From NCBI GenBank assembly GCA_003154195.1, contig PMCS01000029.1:304960-368959 (forward strand): a DNA stretch of 64,000 nt, in the 5' to 3' direction. Shown here one piece after another: positions 1-8,257 of this stretch. This DNA comes from Candidatus Omnitrophota bacterium (GTDB taxonomy: Bacteria > Omnitrophota > Gorgyraeia > Duberdicusellales > 4484-171). Within the stretch, counting starts at the first letter, position 1. Each line of letters opens with the position of its first letter. The notes beneath the pieces were generated by a model, which was given only the letters and a program-made list of their open reading frames with translations, had not been told where the DNA came from and ran no database searches. The translations under genes were made by a program, and so were the position numbers.

Positions 1-1
1 A

Positions 2-133
2 CGGGAATTTATTCATATCGAAAGATTGGCCAATCTGAGTGCGCTGCCGCCGTTCGGGTTTAAGGTCAATTGTTTTCCGGTTAAGATAAAAAATACGGGA
101 GGCGCGTGGGCGCGGGTTGTGGCGATTGTATAG
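2..133 (+). CDS. Cyclase family protein (PF04199-like), 3' end only
   Basis: Manual translation REFIHIERLANLSALPPFGFKVNCFPVKIKNTGGAWARVVAIV* matches the C-terminal pattern of the cyclase/kynurenine formamidase family; truncated by the window edge. Confidence 0.75.
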   Translation, partial: REFIHIERLANLSALPPFGFKVNCFPVKIKNTGGAWARVVAIV

Positions 134-134
134 G

Positions 135-162
135 GTAGGGGCGGGTTTATAACCCACCCTCT
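135..162 (+). repeat. GTAG-family REP-like palindrome
   Basis: GTAG followed by GGGCGGGTT-tat-AACCCACCC hairpin directly after a stop codon. Confidence 0.6.
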
Positions 163-202
163 ATGAAATTGTGGAATTGTATAATCAAAATCGGCGAAAA
201 AA

Positions 203-410
203 TTTCACCACAGAGGACACAGAGAGGAACAAAACAGGAAAAATAATTTCTCACCACGAAGACGCGAAGTTCACGAAGAAGAAATAAAGACAAAAGATTT
301 TTGTCCACAGATTACACAGATTTTCACAGATTGATAAAAGGGTGATAGGTTGTGAAAGATAATAAATTGGAGAAAGATTTTAACAACGAATTACGCAAAT
401 TGCACAAATT
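203..410 (+). repeat. Cluster of four degenerate short-period (8-9 nt unit) intergenic repeats
   Basis: ccacagaggacacagag; ccacgaagacgcgaagttcacgaag; ccacagattacacagattttcacagat; caacgaattacgcaaattgcacaaat, separated by A-rich spacers. Confidence 0.75.
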
Positions 411-420
411 AAAATAATTT

Positions 421-1182
421 ATGATTCTTGAAAAACAGTTCGAAGGTATACTCTGTAAGTATCCGGAGCTGATAGAAGACGGTTTAAAATTCAAAGGTCG
501 GCAGATTACCCTTTATGGTAAAAGAATGGATATTTTATTCGAAGACAAGTTCGGGCAGAAACTTATCGTCGAGCTTAAAGTTCGTACCGTTGTCCGTGAA
601 CATATCGGACAAGTTATGGAGTATGAAGGCGGTGTCTTAAGCGTAGAAGATCCCACTGCTAGGATTATGCTGGTCGGCAATAGAGTGCCGCCTAATTTAA
701 AAAAGGCATTGGACCATCATGGGATAGAGTGGAAAGAGATTACCTTTTCTTATTTAAAAGAATTTTTATCTGTTCGCAACGATAGAGAGCTCGGCATTTT
801 ATTCGATGATGGCTTAACGCCGTCTACTCTGGGCGATAGCAAGGATATGGATAAAGATTTCTCAGCCGGGTTAGAGGTTAATAAAACTCAAGATAATTCT
901 GCAAATGCTACAAGAACTAAACGGCAACAGCCATCGTATGGGTCGCCAGAATGGGTAGAAAGGCGGAAAAAAACCGGCTTTCGGGACGATTGGATTGCCC
1001 GGCTGGAAGCTTTGAAGAAGGACCCAAAAAATATTGAAGAACTCTACAGGTTTTGGGGGTATCGCCCGTGGCCGGGTGGGTTTGCCAAGAGGTTACGCAA
1101 TCGGGCAAAAGTATATCCCCAGTATGCAAAGGCAATCGAGGAAGCGATTGCTTTTGTAAAGTCAGCAAAGAAAGGTTTTTGA
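421..1182 (+). CDS. Endonuclease NucS-like (PD-(D/E)XK) domain protein with unrecognised C-terminal extension
   Basis: E-x-x-F-E...RMDILFED...IVELK...HIGQVMEY nuclease motif. Confidence 0.7.
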   Translation: MILEKQFEGILCKYPELIEDGLKFKGRQITLYGKRMDILFEDKFGQKLIVELKVRTVVREHIGQVMEYEGGVLSVEDPTARIMLVGNRVPPNLKKALDHHGIEWKEITFSYLKEFLSVRNDRELGILFDDGLTPSTLGDSKDMDKDFSAGLEVNKTQDNSANATRTKRQQPSYGSPEWVERRKKTGFRDDWIARLEALKKDPKNIEELYRFWGYRPWPGGFAKRLRNRAKVYPQYAKAIEEAIAFVKSAKKGF

Positions 1183-1224
1183 TATTGCTTAATACTGGAA
1201 ATATGAACAATCTGCTGAAGGAAA

Positions 1225-1251
1225 AATTGTTCAGATACTGTCTGAACAATT
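1225..1251. repeat. Orphan palindrome resembling the DUF1016 coding hairpin
   Basis: AATTGTTCAGA-tactg-TCTGAACAATT, 11-bp perfect arms; reads KIVQILSEQL. Confidence 0.7.
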
Positions 1252-1283
1252 AGTTTTAAGGTTACTTTAGGCAGGCATCAATT

Positions 1284-1829
1284 ATGAAAGATAATTCAAA
1301 ACAAATCGAGGTGGTTTCAAGCGGAGTTATCGCCGGAAAGATACGTCTAATCCGCGGGAAAAAAGTCATATTTGATAGTGATCTTGCCGCTTTGTATGGT
1401 GTTGAGACGAAACAGCTAAAACGTGCTGTTAAGCGAAATATTGAGCGGTTTCCCGAAGATTTTATGTTTGAACTTACCCGCGAAGAATCAGATAACTTGA
1501 GGTGCCAAATTGGCACCTCAAGTTGGGGCGGCAAGCGCTACCTGCCGTATGCTTTTACCGAACAGGGCGTTGCCATGCTTTCCAGCGTTTTAAACAGTAA
1601 AAGGGCTATCCAAGTCAATATTGCTATTATGCGTGTTTTTGTGGCGATTAAGGAAATGCTTTTAGCGCATAAAGAATCATTGCTCAAAATTAATAAACTT
1701 GAACAGAGAATAGAACGAAAATTCGATAAATACGACAAAGACATCGAACTTATTTTCAGCGCTATTCAGCAACTTCTTGTGGAAAAAGAAAAACCCAAGC
1801 GACAAATCGGCTTTCATGTTGGTAAATAA
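1284..1829 (+). CDS. ORF6N domain-containing DNA-binding protein
   Basis: IRGKKVIFDSDLAALYGVETKQLKRAVKRNIERFPEDFMFELT...LPYAFTEQGVAMLSSVL; C-terminal KRQIGF. Confidence 0.92.
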   Translation: MKDNSKQIEVVSSGVIAGKIRLIRGKKVIFDSDLAALYGVETKQLKRAVKRNIERFPEDFMFELTREESDNLRCQIGTSSWGGKRYLPYAFTEQGVAMLSSVLNSKRAIQVNIAIMRVFVAIKEMLLAHKESLLKINKLEQRIERKFDKYDKDIELIFSAIQQLLVEKEKPKRQIGFHVGK

Positions 1830-1851
1830 GAATTTTATTTAACTTTTTTTT

Positions 1852-1889
1852 AACTTTAGGCATTTTAGGCACTTTGAACTTTAGGCATT
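1852..1889 (+). repeat. Short tandem repeat (TTTAGGCA x3)
   Basis: aactttaggcattttaggcactttgaactttaggcatt. Confidence 0.6.
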
Positions 1890-1906
1890 AAAAAGGGGGT
1901 AATTAA

Positions 1907-2335
1907 ATGGCTCATACGGTAAATCGCATCGTGATCAACGCTCCTTACGAAAAGGTTTTTGAGATGTCTAACGATATTACCCGCTGGAAGGAATTTTTTG
2001 ACGAGTATACGGCCAGCGAAGTAGTTTCCCAGGAAGGCAACAAAATTACTTTTAAGCTAAGCCATCAAAATGGGACAAGCTGGACCAGCTATCGCCTGCT
2101 TTTTAAAGACCAGAAATTTACTTATGCCGAGCGCCTTGAGCCGAAAATGCCTTTTGTGTATATGAAGATAATCTGGCTTTACCGGGAAGTCGCCGGCGGC
2201 ATCGAAATGAGCTGGATCCAGGATTTTACGATGGATTCAAAAGCGAAATTCAACGACGCGCAGGTAGAAGAGATAATGAATAAACATTCCGCGGAAAATA
2301 TGAAACGGTTTAAGGAAATCATCGAGAAGGCATAA
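1907..2335 (+). CDS. SRPBCC-family polyketide cyclase/aromatase-like protein
   Basis: HTVNRIVINAP...NDITRW...SWTSYR...W-x-QDF, like TcmN/WhiE-type aromatase-cyclases. Confidence 0.75.
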   Translation: MAHTVNRIVINAPYEKVFEMSNDITRWKEFFDEYTASEVVSQEGNKITFKLSHQNGTSWTSYRLLFKDQKFTYAERLEPKMPFVYMKIIWLYREVAGGIEMSWIQDFTMDSKAKFNDAQVEEIMNKHSAENMKRFKEIIEKA

Positions 2336-2380
2336 GCATTGTTTGTAAATCACATAGCTAAACTATAAAAAAGGAGCGAG

Positions 2381-2923
2381 ATGAAAAAAAGCTTGAAACG
2401 CAAGAATCCTTCAGTTCAGCCGGCGGCCGGACCGGATATCTCTGGCCTGGTGGTTAAAATGCAGGAGCAATTGGTTAATTTGGAGCGGAAGGTAGATATT
2501 TTAATCAGCCGTCTTCCGGGAAGACCCCCGGAAGTTAAGCTTCAGCCGGTTCAACCGGTTCAACAACTGCAACAGTCCCGGCAGCCTCAACCGCCGCTTC
2601 GCCAGAATGAGATTAAGCAAAATAACGGCTTCAGGGAGAGAACCTTGTATAAAACAATCTGCGCCGATTGCCACAAAGAATGCGAAGTTCCCTTTAAGCC
2701 CAGCGGTAATCGTCCGGTATATTGTAAAGAGTGTTTTTCCCGGCGCAAGCAAAGCGGCGGTTTATTTAAAGGAAATAATAACCCTCAGCCGGGGGAAATA
2801 AAACCTGTGTCTGTCGCGGTGCCTCCGGTTTCTTCGTCACCTGCGGCCACCAAACCGGAGATCACTAAAACCAGAAAGCCCGGCGCTAAGAAAAAAACTG
2901 TTTCCCCGAAACGGAAAAAATGA
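2381..2923 (+). CDS. CxxC-x17-CxxC zinc-ribbon domain protein
   Basis: ICADCHKECEVPFKPSGNRPVYCKECF; N-terminal coiled coil; SD AAGGAG. Confidence 0.85.
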   Translation: MKKSLKRKNPSVQPAAGPDISGLVVKMQEQLVNLERKVDILISRLPGRPPEVKLQPVQPVQQLQQSRQPQPPLRQNEIKQNNGFRERTLYKTICADCHKECEVPFKPSGNRPVYCKECFSRRKQSGGLFKGNNNPQPGEIKPVSVAVPPVSSSPAATKPEITKTRKPGAKKKTVSPKRKK

Positions 2924-2962
2924 TTTTATGTGATTATCAGAATACTTTTTTGGTGTGCTTTG

Positions 2963-5113
2963 ATGAAGAAACTTTTAAAATTATTAAAGATTGCCGCAAT
3001 GGCTTTACTGGTTATTTTTATTCTGGCGTCAGCCGGTATTGTCATTTTTATTAAAACTTTTAACGCCAATAAATATAAGCCCCAGATAATTAAAGCAATC
3101 AGCCAAGCTCTCGGCCGGCCGGCGGCTATTGATGATATAAGCCTGAAAGTTTCCTTAAGGGGCGGCCTGGTTTTACAGCTTAAGGGCTTTAGATTAAACG
3201 ATGACCCGGCTTTCAGTAAAGATAATTTTTTAGAAATACCCCGGTTAGATGCTGCGATGGATATCATCGGTATTATTTTTAAGCACCGGATTTCCCTCGC
3301 GGTCATTACGATTGATGCACCTAAGACAGTGATTATTCGCGACGCTTCCGGCAGGCTTAATCTCCAAACCTTTGGCATGCCAACCGCGTCAAAACCATCG
3401 GCTTCGGCATTACCGGCAATTTTTATCAACTCATTTAAAATAAATAATGCCGCCGTAATCTTCAAGGATAAGGCCTTTTCCCCCGGGCTCTCAATCCTGC
3501 TTGATCAGCTTAACTTCGAAATAAAAGATTTTTCTCTGGATAAGCCTTTTGATGTTTTGCTGCAGGCGGCGGCGTTCAGCCCCCGGCAAAATTTCAACGC
3601 TTCCGCAAAACTCGCCTTGGATTTAATCGCCAGGGCGGTTAAAGTCTGCGATGCCCGGGCGTCGGTTGATCTCGGCTCCTTTTCTTTAGAGCAATTATCC
3701 CGTTTACCGATGATAAAACCGGGACAACTTCCCGAATTTTTATCCGGTAAAGTAGAGATAGTGTTCGCGCCGATAACCGTTTCGAAAAAAGGTTTAAGCC
3801 GGCTTTCCGCTGACATAACTTTAACTGACGGCGTGGTGGCGGCTTCTCATTTAATACCAGGTTTAGCGCTTAATCTCGGGAAGATAAACGGTTCCTTAAA
3901 GAACTTTTCTCCGGATTTTAAAAAGCCTTTTGATGCCAGCGTGAAAATGCAGTATTTAAGCGACCACCCTAATGTCAGTTTTAACGGGCAGGTAACTTTT
4001 GATCCGGTAAAAACATCAGTCCGGATAAGCAATGCCGGGATAGGGCTGGACCTGACGAATTTTTCCTTAAGCGGGCTTAAGGCCGATGTGGCCGCGCTTA
4101 AAGACGTCCCTTTGCCGGTTCAGGTAGGAGGAACCATCGACGTCTCTATCGTTAACGCGGATATCTCCGCAAAAGGGCTGGAAAGCCTGGCGGCAAAAGC
4201 TAAATTTACCAACGGTTTGGTTAAGCTTGACCAGCTTAACCAAGTGCTTTCTGGGATAAGCGTGGATGCAAGTTTAAACGAAAAAGATCTAACCATTGAT
4301 AACCTTAGCGCCGGCCTGGGAAAAGGTAGCATCCGGGCTAAGGGTGTGGTGAAGGATTATTTATCCGGCCGGGCGTTTGAGTTGGAAGCGGAAATAAAGG
4401 ATATTGAACTTGGCGAAGTAATCGAACAGTCTAAGGCGCAAATAAAGGTGAGCGGTTTAGCGGCGGGCAATTTCAAGGCCGCCGGTCATGCCGATGATTT
4501 AAAATCAATAAAAGCCGACGGCGTTTTTACGGTCAAGCCGGTTACGCTTAAGAATTTTAATATTTTAAAAACAGTTTTAGAGAAGATTTCTTTTTTGCCC
4601 AATGCCAGCGAAGGGATTAAGAACGGGTTAAGCAATAAATACGCTAAGAAGCTGGAAAGCCCCGATACCGAGATAAATAGCGCGGTGTTTACTTATGCGT
4701 TTTCGCAAGGCACGGTTCATCTTGAACCGGTGTCGATTGATGCCGATGAGTTTATCTTCAGTGGTAAAGCCGACGCGGATTTGGCTCAAGCCTATACGGT
4801 CGAAGGGAATGTGACTATTCCCGCCGAGCTTTCCGCGGCAATGGCCAAGGGTGTGGATGAACTGAAATATCTTTATGACGATAAGAACAGCATTACTATC
4901 CCGGTTTATGTCAAAGGACAGGGGGCCCAGGCGCCTAAAGTGGAAGTAACCCGGACTGCCGCACAATTAACTAAAAGTGTGGCGGTCAATAAAGGGGCGG
5001 AAGCGCTCGGCAAGTTAATCAATAAGTATACGGGAGGCGACAATGCTTCCGGTGAAGAAAATAATAACGGCAGCGAGGTCATCAAAGGCATTCTTAATAA
5101 AATTCTGAAGTAA
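2963..5113 (+). CDS. AsmA family protein
   Basis: N-terminal TM anchor, FNANKYKPQI...ALGRP AsmA-like start, beta-rich body, AsmA-like C-terminus. Confidence 0.75.
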   Translation: MKKLLKLLKIAAMALLVIFILASAGIVIFIKTFNANKYKPQIIKAISQALGRPAAIDDISLKVSLRGGLVLQLKGFRLNDDPAFSKDNFLEIPRLDAAMDIIGIIFKHRISLAVITIDAPKTVIIRDASGRLNLQTFGMPTASKPSASALPAIFINSFKINNAAVIFKDKAFSPGLSILLDQLNFEIKDFSLDKPFDVLLQAAAFSPRQNFNASAKLALDLIARAVKVCDARASVDLGSFSLEQLSRLPMIKPGQLPEFLSGKVEIVFAPITVSKKGLSRLSADITLTDGVVAASHLIPGLALNLGKINGSLKNFSPDFKKPFDASVKMQYLSDHPNVSFNGQVTFDPVKTSVRISNAGIGLDLTNFSLSGLKADVAALKDVPLPVQVGGTIDVSIVNADISAKGLESLAAKAKFTNGLVKLDQLNQVLSGISVDASLNEKDLTIDNLSAGLGKGSIRAKGVVKDYLSGRAFELEAEIKDIELGEVIEQSKAQIKVSGLAAGNFKAAGHADDLKSIKADGVFTVKPVTLKNFNILKTVLEKISFLPNASEGIKNGLSNKYAKKLESPDTEINSAVFTYAFSQGTVHLEPVSIDADEFIFSGKADADLAQAYTVEGNVTIPAELSAAMAKGVDELKYLYDDKNSITIPVYVKGQGAQAPKVEVTRTAAQLTKSVAVNKGAEALGKLINKYTGGDNASGEENNNGSEVIKGILNKILK

Positions 5114-5170
5114 GCGGCTTGCGATGAGGCTTGGAATTTTGGGACTATCTTCTTTAAAATACAAATAATT

Positions 5171-6499
5171 ATGGATAATTTATTTCAACAATCGGAAAAA
5201 ACTTATACGGTTTTAGAATTAAACACCGCGGTGAAAAACCTTATCCGCAACGAATTTCCCGATCACGTCTGGGTCTGCGGCGAAATTCAGGATCTGCGCG
5301 ACCGGGGCGTAATAAATTTAAACCTGGTGCAGAAACACCAGAAGTTTGACGAAATCACCGCGCAGGCCAAAGCGGTAATTTTTGAAAATATCAAACCGCT
5401 GATCATGCGCCGGCTTAAAGAAGCGGACGAAACATTCGAATTAAAAAAAGATATCGAAGTAAAACTGCTTTGCCGGGTTGACCTTTACGCCAAGACCGGC
5501 CAATTCAGTTTGACGGTAGTCGATATCGACCCATATTTCACTCTGGGTAAAATCGCTGCCTCCCGCCAGAAGATCATCGAAGAATTAAAAGTTAAGGGGC
5601 TGCTGGAAAAAAATAAAAGCCTTTTCTTCCCCGAAGTCCCGTTAAACATCGGATTGGTCACTTCTTATGATTCCGCGGCGTTTCACGATTTTGTTCATGA
5701 GCTGGAACAGTCGGGGTTTGGGTTTAAGGTATCGGTATGGGATTCTTATGTGCAGGGGAAGCAGACCGAAACCGACGTGACCGTAGCGCTTAATTATTTT
5801 GGCGGCCGCCCGGCCGGAGAAATCGACGTGGTAGTGATTTCCCGCGGCGGCGGCTCAACCGCGGATTTAAGCTGGTTTGACAATAAACAGATCGCCGAAG
5901 CGATCGCCTCTTGCCCGATACCGGTGATCACTGCCCTGGGGCACCAGATCAATGTCACGGTATGCGATATTGTTTCCCATACCAGCGTTAAGACGCCGAC
6001 TAAGGCGGCGCAGTTTTTGATCGATAAAGTAAGCGATTTTAAAACGGCGATTACGCAGTTAAGCGGCACGGTTATCGCCGCGAGCGAAGATATCCTCGCC
6101 GGTTCCCGGAGTAAGCTGGCCGGCGCGGCTTCGCGCATTGAATCGTTAAGCCAGAGGTTTTTCCGGTTTCATCAACAAAACCTCGCGGAGCAGCGGGTGG
6201 GAATTTTCCGCGCCGCCGAAGAAATGGTTAAAACTAGAAAAGAAAAGATAAAAGAACAAAGCTTCCTGTTGCGGGATTCGCTAAAAAAACTCTTTAAAAA
6301 TCTGGAAAATGAGGTAAAATATATTACCGATAAGGTAAGCCTGCTAAATCCCCGTAATGTTTTAAAGCGCGGCTATTCCTTAACCCTCAAGCGAGAGAAA
6401 ACCGTTAGATCGTTAAACGATTTAGAGCGGGGCGATATCATCAAAACTATTCTTTATGAGGGTTCGGTGATTTCCCAGGTTAAAGAGAAAAATGAATAA
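5171..6499 (+). CDS. xseA: Exodeoxyribonuclease VII large subunit
   Basis: VWVCGEI, SRGGGS, PVITALGH, TPTKAA, NVLKRGYS motifs. Confidence 0.95.
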   Translation: MDNLFQQSEKTYTVLELNTAVKNLIRNEFPDHVWVCGEIQDLRDRGVINLNLVQKHQKFDEITAQAKAVIFENIKPLIMRRLKEADETFELKKDIEVKLLCRVDLYAKTGQFSLTVVDIDPYFTLGKIAASRQKIIEELKVKGLLEKNKSLFFPEVPLNIGLVTSYDSAAFHDFVHELEQSGFGFKVSVWDSYVQGKQTETDVTVALNYFGGRPAGEIDVVVISRGGGSTADLSWFDNKQIAEAIASCPIPVITALGHQINVTVCDIVSHTSVKTPTKAAQFLIDKVSDFKTAITQLSGTVIAASEDILAGSRSKLAGAASRIESLSQRFFRFHQQNLAEQRVGIFRAAEEMVKTRKEKIKEQSFLLRDSLKKLFKNLENEVKYITDKVSLLNPRNVLKRGYSLTLKREKTVRSLNDLERGDIIKTILYEGSVISQVKEKNE

Positions 6500-6713
6500 A
6501 AAGGCCGTTAAATACAGAGAAGCGGTTGATGAATTAAACAATATTTTAGAGGATTTACAATCGGAAGAGATCGATGTGGACGAAGTTTCCGAGAAGGTAA
6601 AGCGGGCGGTCGAGCTGATTAAGTTATGCCGCGCGAAAATCGAAGGCACGGAATTGGAAGTGAGAAAGATCGTCAAAGAGTTCGAAGAAGAATCGGAAAA
6701 GAATAACGGTTAG
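6492..6713 (+). CDS. xseB: Exodeoxyribonuclease VII small subunit
   Basis: YREAVDELNNILEDLQ...LIKLCRAKI; overlaps the xseA stop. Confidence 0.92.
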   Translation: MNKKAVKYREAVDELNNILEDLQSEEIDVDEVSEKVKRAVELIKLCRAKIEGTELEVRKIVKEFEEESEKNNG

Positions 6714-6886
6714 GGCTAAGCTTAAGCTCTCCTTCGCTCTTCGAGCTTCGGAGAAGTCTCGCCGGAGCAATAGCTGAGGCGGAAAGCCGGTATGGGTTAA
6801 GGCAACGGTCATGGCTTTAAAAATATTTTTAAAACCCTTACCTTTACTCTAACCAAAACCGGCATCTTTACCATTACCATAGCCCA
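6708..6886. repeat. Hexamer-type inverted repeats with nested REP-like hairpin
   Basis: ggttagggctaag/ggttaaggcaacgg versus cccttacctttactctaacc/ttaccattaccatagccc; internal ctccttcgct-cttcg-agcttcggag. Confidence 0.5.
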
Positions 6887-6907
6887 GTTTTTAGGAGGTA
6901 ATTTCTG

Positions 6908-7864
6908 ATGTCACTAAACATACGTTTAACTTTATTATTGGCAGTGTTATTCGGCATCCTTTATATGATTGCTACGCTGATTATGCACGCCGCCGGTATT
7001 TCCAGCATGGCGGCTTATGCGGTGATGGCGTCGGTGATGCTCTTTATCCAGTACATGATTGGCCCCTGGCTGATCGGTCTTACCATGGGGGTTAAATACG
7101 TTAAGCGCCAAGATTACCCGTGGTTGTTCGAGATGGTGGAAGATCTGGCGCGTAAAGCGAAAATCCCTACGCCTAAAATCGGTATTTCGTCAATGCCGGT
7201 GCCTAACGCGTTCGCATTCGGCCGGGGCGCGCGCGACGGCCGGGTATGCGTTACTGCCGGGATTATAAATTTGGTCAACAAAGAAGAGCTGCGTGCGGTT
7301 TTGGGCCACGAAATGAGCCATCTTAAAAACCGCGACGTGCTTTTTATAACTCTTTTATCGGTAATTCCGATGATTCTCTGGTACATTGCCCGCCAGTTTA
7401 TGTTCTATGGTGGCGGCCGGCGCAACCGCGATTCCGGCAACTACACCGTTTTAATCGGAGCCGCCGCGCTTATTTTTTACTTTATTACCAACCTCTTAGT
7501 TCTATATGCGTCGCGTATCAGAGAGTATTTCGCCGATAAAGGGTCGGTCGAGCTGGGGAATCAGCCGGCGGCGCTGGCCTCGGCATTGTATAAATTAGTA
7601 GCCGGCTCCGCGAGTTTATCCGGCGCCGAGGTAAAAGCGGCGGCCGGCGCCAGGGCGTTTTTTCTCAACGATCCGACTAGGGCCCGCCGGGAAATTCGCA
7701 CCCTTGCCCAGCTTGACCCGGGCCATAGCGGGGTAATCACTATGGAGGCGCTGCGCAGTTTACGTTCCAAAGAAATTAAATTAGGGTTTGGCGATATGTT
7801 GTGGGAAGGTTTCGGCACCCATCCCAATATGCTTAAGCGGATAAAACATCTCTCCCAGCTTTAA
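6908..7864 (+). CDS. htpX: Zinc metalloprotease HtpX (M48)
   Basis: PNAFAFG, AVLGHEMSH, SRIREYFAD, THP motifs. Confidence 0.9.
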   Translation: MSLNIRLTLLLAVLFGILYMIATLIMHAAGISSMAAYAVMASVMLFIQYMIGPWLIGLTMGVKYVKRQDYPWLFEMVEDLARKAKIPTPKIGISSMPVPNAFAFGRGARDGRVCVTAGIINLVNKEELRAVLGHEMSHLKNRDVLFITLLSVIPMILWYIARQFMFYGGGRRNRDSGNYTVLIGAAALIFYFITNLLVLYASRIREYFADKGSVELGNQPAALASALYKLVAGSASLSGAEVKAAAGARAFFLNDPTRARREIRTLAQLDPGHSGVITMEALRSLRSKEIKLGFGDMLWEGFGTHPNMLKRIKHLSQL

Positions 7865-7956
7865 TTTTTCCGGCTGAATCAGGCGCAATATATATGGTTT
7901 TAATCTCACGCTTATACATTATATAGTAGAGATTATAATTTATAAACGTAAGGGAG

Positions 7957-7985
7957 TTGACAGGGGCGGAATAAAAAGGTATTAT
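7957..7985 (+). promoter_or_regulatory. sigma70 promoter of rpsO-pnp, implying leaderless rpsO
   Basis: TTGACA-N17-TATTAT, then 7 nt to ATG 7993; no SD. Confidence 0.7.
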
Positions 7986-7992
7986 ACTTAGT

Positions 7993-8256
7993 ATGCTTAC
8001 GAAGAAGGCAAAGAAGAATTTAATCGAACAGTTTAAGGAACACGTGGAAGATACGGGCTCGAGCCCCGTACAGGTGGCATTACTTACCGAAAGGATAAAG
8101 TATTTAAGTGAGCACCTCAAGAAACACAAAAAAGACTTCCACTCCCGGCGCGGCCTCTTGATGCTTGTAGGAAGGCGCCGCCGCCTCCTTAACTATCTTA
8201 AGAAAAAAGACCCGCAAGGTTACGGTGCGGTTTCCAAAAAACTCGAGTTGAAATAA
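7993..8256 (+). CDS. rpsO: 30S ribosomal protein S15
   Basis: DTGSSPVQVALLT...HKKDFHSRRGLLMLVGRRRRLLNYL. Confidence 0.98.
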   Translation: MLTKKAKKNLIEQFKEHVEDTGSSPVQVALLTERIKYLSEHLKKHKKDFHSRRGLLMLVGRRRRLLNYLKKKDPQGYGAVSKKLELK

Positions 8257-8257
8257 A

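Noticed and set aside
203-410. Possible CRISPR array
   Set aside because: Units are not identical, spacing is irregular and no cas genes are present
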